Positions 21,816 through 30,232 of a stretch of 61,564 nt of DNA are shown here, one piece after another. This stretch comes from an uncultured Clostridium sp. (GTDB lineage Bacteria; Bacillota; Clostridia; TANB77; CAG-508), in assembly GCA_900554565.1 (NCBI GenBank), contig USHX01000005.1, forward strand, positions 1-61,564, given 5' to 3'. Below the pieces are notes generated by a model that was not told where the DNA came from, searched no databases, and saw nothing but the letters and a program-made list of their open reading frames with translations. Positions within the stretch are counted from its first letter, which is position 1, and each line of letters begins with the position of its first letter. Both the position numbers and the translations under genes were made by a program.

Positions 21816-22163
21816 ATGTTAAAAAAAGCAAATATAGGTTTACTAGCAGGAATAGTAAGCGGACTATTTTCAACAGGTGGTGGAATGATATTAGTACCTG
21901 CATTTATATATTTACTAAAAATGGAAGACACAAAATCAAGAGGAACATCAGTATTTTGCATATTACCAATGGTAACAACAAGTAGTTTTTTCTATTACAA
22001 AGGTCATTATATAAATTGGGAAACATCAATTCTATGTGCAATAGGAGGAGCAATAGGAGGATTTTTTGGAGCAAAACTTTTAAAAAAGTTGCCAGAAAAA
22101 ACACTAAAAATAGCATTTACAATTTTCTTAATATATGCATCATACAAAATGTTAACAACATAA
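21816..22163 (+). CDS. TauE/SafE-family half-size (4-TM) membrane transporter subunit 1
   Basis: GLLAGIVSGLFSTGGGMILVP motif. Start could alternatively be 21777. Confidence 0.7.
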   Translation: MLKKANIGLLAGIVSGLFSTGGGMILVPAFIYLLKMEDTKSRGTSVFCILPMVTTSSFFYYKGHYINWETSILCAIGGAIGGFFGAKLLKKLPEKTLKIAFTIFLIYASYKMLTT

Positions 22164-22196
22164 AACCAATTCTAAAAGTCAGAAAGGAATACCAAA

Positions 22197-22581
22197 ATGA
22201 CAGAAATACTAATAGGTGTAATATCAGGAATAGTAAGTGGTACAGGCATGCGGTGGTGGAACAATATTAATATTTTTACTAACAATAATGTTAGGTATAG
22301 AGCAGCACATAGCACAAGCAACAAATCTAATATTTTTTATACCAACATCAATAGTTGCAATAATAGTAAATTTAAAAAATAAAAACATAGACTTAAAACT
22401 AGCAATAGTAATATCAATATTTGGAATATTAGGAGCAATAATAGGTGCAAATATTTCAATCCATATAGATGTAAAAATTCTAAAAAAATGTTTTGGAATA
22501 TTTTTAGCAATAATAGCAATAAATGAAATATATACCATTTCCAAAAAGTATAAAAAAGAAAAAATAAACAATACTAAATAA
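22197..22581 (+). CDS. TauE/SafE-family half-size membrane transporter subunit 2. Needs +1 at in-frame CGG 22251
   Basis: MTEILIGVISGIVSGTGM-c-GGGTILIFLL recreates the family G.GGG motif. ORFs 22197 and 22237 overlap in frames 0 and +1. Confidence 0.75.
22251..22254 (+). other. in-frame CGG(T) recoding / frameshift site (ATG CGG T)
   Basis: Codon 19 of the ORF starting at 22197. The +1 frame carries the remaining ~110 codons of TM protein. Confidence 0.75.
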
Positions 22582-22595
22582 AAAGGGGTGAGCGT

Positions 22596-22736
22596 ATGAA
22601 ATTTATAAAAGGCGTTATGATAGGTGGATTAATAACAACAGGACTAGTAATGATGTATACAGAAACAGACATGATGAATAAGAAAAAAATGATGAAAAAA
22701 GGAAAACAAATGGCAAAAAAATTAGGAATAATGTAA
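22596..22736 (+). CDS. small (46 aa) membrane protein, hypothetical
   Basis: Strong RBS aaaggggtga 6 nt before the ATG. One TM segment (VMIGGLITTGLVMMY) then a Lys-rich tail. Below the ORF-track length cut-off. Confidence 0.5.
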   Translation: MKFIKGVMIGGLITTGLVMMYTETDMMNKKKMMKKGKQMAKKLGIM

Positions 22737-22741
22737 AGTAA

Positions 22742-22774
22742 AAGAGCTGAAATCGATTAAAGAAATCAGCTCTT
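22742..22774. terminator. hairpin terminator between convergent genes
   Basis: aagagctga / 15-nt loop / tcagctctt, with A run before and T run after. Confidence 0.65.
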
Positions 22775-22827
22775 ATACTTTTTGCTACTTAATCCTAAAT
22801 AAAGAAAATTGAAAGCATCTTAAAAAA

Positions 22828-23307
22828 CTAGCAGTTTTCTTGTTTGCAATCTTCCTTACCTAAGCAATCATCACTATTACAACAATCAATATTTCTATCA
22901 CATTTATCATCTAAAAAGCAATCGCATTTATCATGTTTATCACCTTTTAAGCATTTGCCTTCATGATGACATTTAGCACAAATTTTTATTTTTTTAGTAT
23001 CATTTACCCAAATTTGAAGTGCATATTCTTTACCTGGACATAAAGGGCCAAATACGAATTCTCCTTCTTTATCTGTGAAAGTATGACCAATAGGTCTTCT
23101 TTCTTCTTTTCCGTGTTCGAAAACAACCTCAACTAATTTTACAACTGCATCACATACAGGTTCTTTAAAACAATTTTTAACAACTCCATATATTACATCA
23201 CGATTATCTTCTGGAAGAGTAATATCAAGGTCAAATTGTTTGCCACCAGAAATGACTCCATCAACATCTAATACAGGGCAGTGTGGTCTTTTTTTATCTA
23301 TTTCCAT
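22828..23307 (-). CDS. hypothetical protein: N-terminal beta-sandwich-like (carboxypeptidase-regulatory-like) region plus Cys/Asp/Lys-rich tail; possible spore coat/exosporium component
   Basis: GVVKN..PVCDAVVKLVEV....GHTFTDKEGEFVFGPL.PGKEYALQIW, then about 17 Cys in the last ~55 residues (CAKCHHEGKCLKGDKHDKCDCFLDDKCDRNIDCCNSDDCLGKEDCKQENC). Confidence 0.65.
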   Translation of the reverse strand: MEIDKKRPHCPVLDVDGVISGGKQFDLDITLPEDNRDVIYGVVKNCFKEPVCDAVVKLVEVVFEHGKEERRPIGHTFTDKEGEFVFGPLCPGKEYALQIWVNDTKKIKICAKCHHEGKCLKGDKHDKCDCFLDDKCDRNIDCCNSDDCLGKEDCKQENC

Positions 23308-23400
23308 ATATATTCATTCCTTTCAAATTTTACAACATATGTTGTTTATATTATTATATGAATTAGAAAAAATAATGCCATATAAAGAAATAAAAATACA

Positions 23401-23528
23401 AAAATGTGATAAAAATCATAAAAAAGATTAAAAAAGTGTGATTAAAAACATGAAAAACGCTGCAAAAGTGTGATAAAATAATAAAAAAACATTGAAAAAA
23501 TGTGATTTTGTAGTATAATTAATAGTAG
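23401..23528. repeat. four direct repeats AAARTGTGATWAAAA spaced exactly 32 bp apart (iteron/operator-like array) overlapping the promoter of 23562
   Basis: TGTGAT at 23405, 23437, 23469 and 23501. The last copy lies between a TTGAAA -35 (23492) and a TATAAT -10 (23514). Confidence 0.8.
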
Positions 23529-23561
23529 ATAGTAATATAATAAATATAGGAGATGAGTTAG

Positions 23562-24860
23562 ATGAAAAGATTTATTATAGAAAAATTAGTAGAATGGAAA
23601 AACAATAAATATAGAAAACCATTGATTTTAAAGGGTGCAAGACAAATAGGTAAAACATATATACTAAAAGAATTTGGAAAAGAATATTATGAAGGTGTAG
23701 CATATTTTAACTTTGACCATGATGAAGATTTATATAACATATTTGAAAACACCAAAGAGCCAAGAAGAATATTAGAACAATTGTCATTTATATATGGAAA
23801 AGCAATATTGCCAGGAAAAACACTAATAATATTTGATGAAATACAAGAATGTCCAAATGCATTAAATAGTTTAAAATATTTTCAAGAAGAGGCAAATGAA
23901 TATCATATTGCATGTGCAGGAAGCTTATTAGGAATAAGATTATCACACACATCATTCCCAGTGGGAAAAGTAGAATTTCTAAATATGTATCCAATGACAT
24001 TTAGTGAATTTCTAATAGCAGACAATTGTGAAAATTTAGTTGAGTATATGAAGTCAATCACTAAAGTAGAGAAAATTCCTGATATATTTTTTAATCAGTT
24101 GGAAGAAAAGCTAAAAGCGTATTTCATAATAGGAGGAATGCCAGAAGCAGTTGAAATATGGGCAAATGAAAAAAACATTGAACTTGTAAACAATGTGCAG
24201 GAAAATATATTAAAAGCATATGAAAGTGATTTTTCAAAACATACCGGAAATAATGAAGCAAATAAAATATCTTTAATATGGAATAGTATACCATCACAAT
24301 TAGCAAAAGAAAATAAAAAATTTTTATATCAAACAGTAAAAAAGGGTGCTAGAGCAAGAGAATATGAAGATGCATTAAATTGGTTAAATGATGCAAATTT
24401 AATATATAAAATTTATGATGTAAAAAAGGCAGAATTTCCACTAAAAGCATATACAGATTTATCAGCATTTAAAATATACATGAATGATGTAGGATTGCTA
24501 AGAAGAATGGCAAACCTAGATAGCAGAATTGTAGTAGAAGGCGATAAATTATTTAAAGAATTTAAAGGAGCTTTTACAGAGAATTACATACTTAATATGT
24601 TAAATATTGTATTTGACTTAGTACCAAATTACTTTACATTTGATAGAAATGAGATAGATTTTGTTATTCAAAACAAAAATAAAATTATTCCAATAGAAGT
24701 AAAATCAAATAAATTTACAAACAATATAAGTTTAACTAAATATAGTGAAAAATTTGATAATGAATTGTCAATTAGGTTTTCTATGAATAATTTAGCTAAA
24801 GATGGAAAAATATTAAATGTGCCATTATTTTTAATCGAATATATAGAAAAATTCATATAA
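23562..24860 (+). CDS. AAA+ ATPase with C-terminal DUF4143-type domain
   Basis: Walker A LKGARQIGKTY, Walker B LIIFDEIQ. About 430 aa, typical of the AAA_14/DUF4143 family. Confidence 0.88.
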   Translation: MKRFIIEKLVEWKNNKYRKPLILKGARQIGKTYILKEFGKEYYEGVAYFNFDHDEDLYNIFENTKEPRRILEQLSFIYGKAILPGKTLIIFDEIQECPNALNSLKYFQEEANEYHIACAGSLLGIRLSHTSFPVGKVEFLNMYPMTFSEFLIADNCENLVEYMKSITKVEKIPDIFFNQLEEKLKAYFIIGGMPEAVEIWANEKNIELVNNVQENILKAYESDFSKHTGNNEANKISLIWNSIPSQLAKENKKFLYQTVKKGARAREYEDALNWLNDANLIYKIYDVKKAEFPLKAYTDLSAFKIYMNDVGLLRRMANLDSRIVVEGDKLFKEFKGAFTENYILNMLNIVFDLVPNYFTFDRNEIDFVIQNKNKIIPIEVKSNKFTNNISLTKYSEKFDNELSIRFSMNNLAKDGKILNVPLFLIEYIEKFI

Positions 24861-24862
24861 AT

Positions 24863-24910
24863 AAAATCTACAAGAATAAGTAGTTAAATAAGCTTATTTT
24901 TGTAGATTTT
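24863..24910 (+). terminator. rho-independent terminator
   Basis: aaaatctacaa ... ttgtagatttt stem followed by a T run. Confidence 0.7.
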
Positions 24911-25007
24911 TTGTTATATAAAATAAATTTTGAAATTATTTCACATATATTTTTATATGTTTGATAAAAAATATGCGGAATTTATCGAAAAAACTAGTAT
25001 ATTAATT

Positions 25008-25238
25008 TTATATAATGTAATGTTTATCATCTGTAAAACCAATTAACCAAATAGGAGATACATCAAAAAAATCAGCAATCTTAGTAATTGTAGAAATATC
25101 AGGTTTTAATTTACCATTAGCATACTTTGAAATAGTTCCTTTTGATTTTATGTCTAGACTTAAAGCAATTTTTTCATAACTTAAATTTGAATCTTTTAAA
25201 AGTTCAGTAAACCTTTCTGGAAAACGATAATTTAACAT
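25008..25238 (-). CDS. XRE-family helix-turn-helix transcriptional regulator
   Basis: F..LLKDSNLSYEKIALSLDIKSKGTISKYANGK..P...TITKIADFFDVSPIWL, classic HTH_3. Confidence 0.85.
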   Translation of the reverse strand: MLNYRFPERFTELLKDSNLSYEKIALSLDIKSKGTISKYANGKLKPDISTITKIADFFDVSPIWLIGFTDDKHYII

Positions 25239-25401
25239 ATTAACCTCCTATTAATATCAAGATTATAACACGATGAAAAAACTTTGTAAACAAAATAATA
25301 GTTAGAAAAATCAATTTTTGGTATCAGAAAAGTGGAAAGTATTGACATTTTTGACTAAATATTATATTATGTTTCCATCAAGGAAACGGTCGGAGGAAGA
25401 T

Positions 25402-25644
25402 ATGAGTTCAATAGATATAGGAAATAAAGTAAAAGAATTAATGAAAAAAAACAAAATGACAAACCTAGAATTAGCAAAGTTACTTAACATAGAAGAACAG
25501 GAATTAAGCGAGAAATTATCAGGTAAAGAAGAATTTTTAGCAACAGAGGCAACAAAAATTTCAAATATATTTAAAATAAGTATAAATGATTTTGCAAATA
25601 TTTTCTTTAATACAAATAAAGAAAAAATAAAAAATATAAAATAG
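25402..25644 (+). CDS. XRE-family helix-turn-helix protein (first gene of the cassette)
   Basis: ATG 25402 preceded by ggagga. IGNKVKELMKKNKMTNLELAKLLNIEEQELSEKLSGK. The longer track ORF from 25318 is an unsupported extension. Confidence 0.8.
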   Translation: MSSIDIGNKVKELMKKNKMTNLELAKLLNIEEQELSEKLSGKEEFLATEATKISNIFKISINDFANIFFNTNKEKIKNIK

Positions 25645-25653
25645 GAGAATCAT

Positions 25654-26673
25654 ATGAAAAAACAAACGGTACAACCACCAAAAACATGGAAAAACGTAGA
25701 AAATCATTATCTAAAGGCAATAGACAATGAATGGTATTTAGATTTAATAGAAATAGAAAATATGATAAATAAATATACAACACTATTCTATTCAGAAAAA
25801 AATATAAAGACACTACATATGCCAATTACAACAGGTTCAATATCAAGCCCAATGGGATTAGGAAGCGATTCATTACCAGTAAAAATAAAATTGCACAATA
25901 TAGATACATATTTAGCCGATTCAATGCAATTTTCTTTAGAATACGCAACAAGACTATTTAAAAATGGTGCATATTACATAATGCCATCATTTAGAGGAGA
26001 AAAGGAAGATGAGAGACATCTAAGTCAATTTTATCATAGTGAAGTGGAAATTGCAGGAACGTTAGAAGATGTAATGCAACTTGCAGAAGAATATATAAAA
26101 TATCTATCAAAAAATATTTTAAGAGAATTTGGAAATGAATTAGAAAAAATAGCCGGAGATACTGAGCATATAAAGAAATTGATTGAAACTAAGAAATTTC
26201 CAGTAGTAACATTTGAAGAAGCTTGTGAAATTTTAGAAAATTCAGATAGATATATTGAATACCATGAAGAAGGATTTAGAACAATAAATTCTCTTGGAGA
26301 AAAAGAACTTATAAAATATTTTGATGGTATTGTATGGCTAAAAAACTTTGATATCTTGTCAGTACCATTCTATCAAAACTGTACTCCAGATAAAAAATAT
26401 GCAATGAATGCAGATTTATTATTTGGAATAGGAGAAACACTAGGTGCGGGGGAAAGACATGAAACTGGTGAAGAGGCTAGACAAGCACTAAAAATGCATA
26501 ATGTAAATGAAAATGAATATGGATGGTATATAAAAATGAAAGATAAATATCCGCTAAAGACTTCTGGATATGGAATGGGAATAGAACGATACATATTATG
26601 GTTAACGAAAAAAGATGACATTAGAGACTGTCAATTGTTACCAAGATTTAATGGTGAAGAGATTGTAGTTTAA
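25654..26673 (+). CDS. class II aminoacyl-tRNA-synthetase catalytic-core paralogue (AsnRS/AspRS type) lacking the anticodon-binding domain; AsnA-like amino-acid adenylating ligase
   Basis: Motif 2-like PSFRGEKEDERHLSQFYHSEVE and motif 3-like SGYGMGIERYILWL. Collinear with the catalytic half of the asnS gene at 44758-46149, but without an N-terminal OB domain. Confidence 0.8.
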   Translation: MKKQTVQPPKTWKNVENHYLKAIDNEWYLDLIEIENMINKYTTLFYSEKNIKTLHMPITTGSISSPMGLGSDSLPVKIKLHNIDTYLADSMQFSLEYATRLFKNGAYYIMPSFRGEKEDERHLSQFYHSEVEIAGTLEDVMQLAEEYIKYLSKNILREFGNELEKIAGDTEHIKKLIETKKFPVVTFEEACEILENSDRYIEYHEEGFRTINSLGEKELIKYFDGIVWLKNFDILSVPFYQNCTPDKKYAMNADLLFGIGETLGAGERHETGEEARQALKMHNVNENEYGWYIKMKDKYPLKTSGYGMGIERYILWLTKKDDIRDCQLLPRFNGEEIVV

Positions 26674-26692
26674 ACAAAAATAGGAGAGTGTA

Positions 26693-27514
26693 ATGGATTT
26701 AAATGAAATATACAAAGTTACAAAAGATTCTAGAAGAGAAGAATTTGAAGTGGCTTTTGAGAAAATAAAAAAAGACTTTATAAGACAGCAATCAAAAAAA
26801 TGCGAGAAACCATTATTCATATTAGCTGGTGGACAACCTGGAAGTGGAAAAACAGGAATTATAGAGACTATAAAAAACAGCCATAGAGACAGGGAGTTTA
26901 TAGTAATAGATTTGGATGAATATAGAAAATATCATCCAAATTTTAAAGAAATAAGAGAAAAGTATCCTCAAGATGCAGTAACATTAACAAATGAATTTGT
27001 ATTTGAAATAGAAAACGAAATGTTGTCATATGTGAAAAAAAATAAAATAGATACTATAAATGTATCAACACTAAGAAATACAAGTCTGATATTAAAGTCA
27101 ATAGAAGAAATAAGAGAATGTGGTTTTAAAATTGAAGTTTATGTTATTGCAGTATCAGCAGAAGAAAGTTACTTTTCAACATTAACCAGATATCAAGAGC
27201 AAGAAAAAGACATGAGTGAAGTGCCTAGATTTGTTAGCAAAGATTTTCATGATATTTCATATAAGAGTTTAATGAATACAATAGAAAATTTTGAAAGAAT
27301 TAATATACCAATAACGGTTTTGAAAAGAGCTAAAGAAAAGAAACAACCAGCAATTATAGTTGATAGAGACAAAAATGTGATAGATGCAATAGAAAATATA
27401 AGAAAAGATACAAAAAATGAAGCAATAGAAAAGATTAAAAATAGTAAATTAAATTTTCATGAAAAAATAATTCAATTAGAATATGAAAAATTTCTTAAAG
27501 AAATAGGTGAATAA
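26693..27514 (+). CDS. zeta-toxin-family P-loop kinase
   Basis: LAGGQPGSGKTG Walker A followed by IDLDEYRKYHPNF, the signature layout of zeta/PezT-type toxins. Confidence 0.85.
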   Translation: MDLNEIYKVTKDSRREEFEVAFEKIKKDFIRQQSKKCEKPLFILAGGQPGSGKTGIIETIKNSHRDREFIVIDLDEYRKYHPNFKEIREKYPQDAVTLTNEFVFEIENEMLSYVKKNKIDTINVSTLRNTSLILKSIEEIRECGFKIEVYVIAVSAEESYFSTLTRYQEQEKDMSEVPRFVSKDFHDISYKSLMNTIENFERINIPITVLKRAKEKKQPAIIVDRDKNVIDAIENIRKDTKNEAIEKIKNSKLNFHEKIIQLEYEKFLKEIGE

Positions 27515-27518
27515 TAAA

Positions 27519-28769
27519 ATGAATGTAGAACCAATATTAATAGAAAGAAATGGCAGTAAATATATTGATAATATAAATTTAGAAAGTATAAAGGAAAAAG
27601 AACATGGTCCGATAATAATTTTTAATAAAAAAAGATTAATAACATTATCTGAATTTATAGATAAAAGCTTTAAAAAATATTATAAAAATACAGAAATACA
27701 TTATGCTATAAAAGCGTGCTATACACCAGAAGTATTGAAAACATTTCTTGAAAATGAACTAAGATTAGAAGTTATGTCAGAATTTGAATATAAATTAGCT
27801 AAAAAAGTAGGAGCGAATACTCAAGAATTAGTAGTAAATGGACCTGGAAAAACAGATGGACTGCTAGAAATGGTAATAAAAGAAAATGTGGAATCAATAA
27901 ATGTAGATTCTGAAGAAGAATTAGAAAAAATTATAGAAATATCTAAAAAATATAGTAAAAAAGTAAAAATAGGATTAAGAATACAACCAGATGTACCAAA
28001 AGATTCATTTTTAAAACGTGGTGAAAAATTAGGGGTCGATGAAAAAACGGGACAAGCAGAGAAAATAATAAAAAAAGCAATTAATGAACCTAATATAGAG
28101 TTAATAGGAATACAATTTCATTCTTTTATAAATCAAAGTAGTGATACTAATATAGTAAATGCATTAAAATATGTAATTAAATTTGTTTTAAATATGAAAG
28201 AAAGCTATGGATTTAAACCCGAATATATAGACATAGGTGGTGGACTAGCAACATTAGATAATTGGGAAAAGAATGGAATAGATATATTTGCTAAAAATGT
28301 AAGTTTAGAAATGAAAAAGATGAATTGGAATCCAAAATTAATACTAGAACCAGGAAGATTTTTGGTATCTGACTGCGCAATAGTAATAGCAAAGATAATA
28401 CGAAAAAAAATGAATGGCGACAAAAGATGGATTATTGTAAATGGGAATACAAATATGTTAATTCCATTAGCAAGTGCAGATTTTAAAGTGGAAAGCCTAA
28501 AATGTTATAATGATAATTTGGTTGAATATAATGTAGGGGATTGTTTATGCTCTGCAAGTGGTACAATACAAAGAGATGTAATGCTATCAGATGAGGTAGG
28601 AACAGGAGATTATATAATAATAAGAAATGCAGGATCATATACGATAAATTTATCAGAGCCATTTGCAGAACCAATAATGCCAATATTTATAACAAATAGT
28701 GGAAAATTAGAAAAAATACATAATGGTGTAGATATTGATAAAATGTTAGCATACTTTTTAAAAGGATAA
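27519..28769 (+). CDS. PLP-dependent decarboxylase, fold type III (Orn/DAP/Arg decarboxylase family)
   Basis: HYAIKAC (PLP Lys), IDIGGGL, LEPGRFLVSD, GDCLCSASG. ATG 27519 follows the RBS aggtga. Confidence 0.85.
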   Translation: MNVEPILIERNGSKYIDNINLESIKEKEHGPIIIFNKKRLITLSEFIDKSFKKYYKNTEIHYAIKACYTPEVLKTFLENELRLEVMSEFEYKLAKKVGANTQELVVNGPGKTDGLLEMVIKENVESINVDSEEELEKIIEISKKYSKKVKIGLRIQPDVPKDSFLKRGEKLGVDEKTGQAEKIIKKAINEPNIELIGIQFHSFINQSSDTNIVNALKYVIKFVLNMKESYGFKPEYIDIGGGLATLDNWEKNGIDIFAKNVSLEMKKMNWNPKLILEPGRFLVSDCAIVIAKIIRKKMNGDKRWIIVNGNTNMLIPLASADFKVESLKCYNDNLVEYNVGDCLCSASGTIQRDVMLSDEVGTGDYIIIRNAGSYTINLSEPFAEPIMPIFITNSGKLEKIHNGVDIDKMLAYFLKG

Positions 28770-28772
28770 ATT

Positions 28773-29303
28773 ATGAAAAAGTTAGTTGGGAAAAGAATAA
28801 TATTAAGACAATGGAAAAAAGAAGATTTGAAAGATCTATTTGAATATGCAAAGTTAGATTCGGTTGGCCCTAATGCAGGGTGGAAACCACATAAAAACAT
28901 TAAAGAATCAAAAGAAATATTAGAAAGCTTTATAAAAGGAAATGAAGTATATGCTATAGAATTAAAAAATGAAAGCAAAGTAATTGGAAGCATAGGATTT
29001 CATGATAGGATAATAGATAAAAAGTATGAAGCATTAAATCAAAGAGAAATAGGAATTGCCTTAAATCCTAAATATTGGGGAAATGAATACTCAAAAGAAG
29101 CAATTAATTTATTAATACAATATGGATTTAAAACTTTAAAATTAGATATGATATGGATGTGTCATCATGAAGAAAATACAAAATCAGAAAAAATGATAAA
29201 GAAATGTGGTTTTAAATATTGCCTAGAAAAAGAAATAACTTTAGAAAGATTGAACAACGAAAAAGTATTAGCAAAGTTTTATACTCTAAAAAATAAATTT
29301 TAA
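28773..29303 (+). CDS. GNAT N-acetyltransferase, RimJ/RimL (Acetyltransf_3) type
   Basis: RIILRQWKKEDLKDLFEYA...GWKPH.....S.E.L..F pattern, plus the later ..G.ALNPKYWG.GY..EA..LL..Y.F core. Confidence 0.85.
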   Translation: MKKLVGKRIILRQWKKEDLKDLFEYAKLDSVGPNAGWKPHKNIKESKEILESFIKGNEVYAIELKNESKVIGSIGFHDRIIDKKYEALNQREIGIALNPKYWGNEYSKEAINLLIQYGFKTLKLDMIWMCHHEENTKSEKMIKKCGFKYCLEKEITLERLNNEKVLAKFYTLKNKF

Positions 29304-29377
29304 ATTGGAAGATATAAATATCATAATCTCTAAGAACAAGCATACAATTAAAGTAGCTTGAACTTGGAGGTTTTTTT

Positions 29378-30169
29378 ATGTTTTTAATATTAAATAAACA
29401 AAAAATATACACATATGTAGTATCACTAGTAACAGTAGTAATACTATTTGGAATGGCTGGAGGAATAACAGAAAAGCAAAATACAAAAAAAGAAAACAGC
29501 ATAATAACAACATCTGCAACTACTGGAACAAAACTATTACCAATATACAATGTAAAAACTGAAGAAAAAAAGGTAGCATTAACAATGAACTGTGCATGGA
29601 ATGCAGATGATATAGACAAAATATTAGAAGTATTAAAACAAAATAACACTAAAATAACATTTTTTATGGTAGGTGAATGGATAGAAAAATTCCCAGAAGC
29701 AGTGAAAAAAATAAATGAAGAAGGGCACGAAATAGCAAGCCACAGCGAAACACACCCACATGTTAATAAATTAAGCTATGAAGAAAACATAAATCAAATA
29801 GAAAAAAGCAATGAAAAAATAGAAAAAATAACAGGAAAAAGAACACAAATATACAGACCACCATATGGTGAATATAATGACACAGTAATAAAAGCAGCAC
29901 AAGACAAAAACTATTATGCAATTCAATGGAATCTAGACACATTAGACTATACAGGACTAACAGGAACTGAAATGTGGAATAGATTAAAAGACAAAATAAA
30001 AGCAGGAGATATAATACTTACTCACAATGGAACAAAACACACAGCAGATAGTTTAGATATGTTAATAAAAAATATAAAAGAAAAAGGATTAGAAGTTGTA
30101 ACAATTTCAAATTTAATTTACAAAGATAATTATAAAATAGATAATAATGGAACTCAAATAAAAAATTAA
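29378..30169 (+). CDS. polysaccharide deacetylase family sporulation protein (PdaB-like NodB domain)
   Basis: VALTMNCAW, ITFFMVGEW, ASHSETHPH, YRPPYGEYN, WNLDTLDY. Confidence 0.85.
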   Translation: MFLILNKQKIYTYVVSLVTVVILFGMAGGITEKQNTKKENSIITTSATTGTKLLPIYNVKTEEKKVALTMNCAWNADDIDKILEVLKQNNTKITFFMVGEWIEKFPEAVKKINEEGHEIASHSETHPHVNKLSYEENINQIEKSNEKIEKITGKRTQIYRPPYGEYNDTVIKAAQDKNYYAIQWNLDTLDYTGLTGTEMWNRLKDKIKAGDIILTHNGTKHTADSLDMLIKNIKEKGLEVVTISNLIYKDNYKIDNNGTQIKN

Positions 30170-30232
30170 AGTGTATAAAACTGGAAGAGATGGGAAAAAT
30201 AAAAAAGAATAAAAAGTTAAGGGGATTTTTAT

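Noticed and set aside
23401-23528. Regularly spaced 32-bp repeats as a CRISPR array
   Set aside because: The conserved core is only ~15 nt, AT-rich and degenerate. There are just four units, they overlap a promoter, and there are no cas genes.
25318-25401. In-frame CGG (25387) within the long version of ORF 25318-25644, which would be a counter-example to the CGG rule
   Set aside because: The first 28 codons are an unsupported extension that starts at a non-ATG and runs through the promoter (TTGACA at 25341) and the RBS ggagga. The real start is ATG 25402, so this CGG is in the 5' UTR.
22800-29340. Prophage or integrative-conjugative element call for the island
   Set aside because: No integrase or recombinase, structural, replication or conjugation genes, and no att-like repeats were visible. 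Only compositional and functional oddity supports foreign origin.
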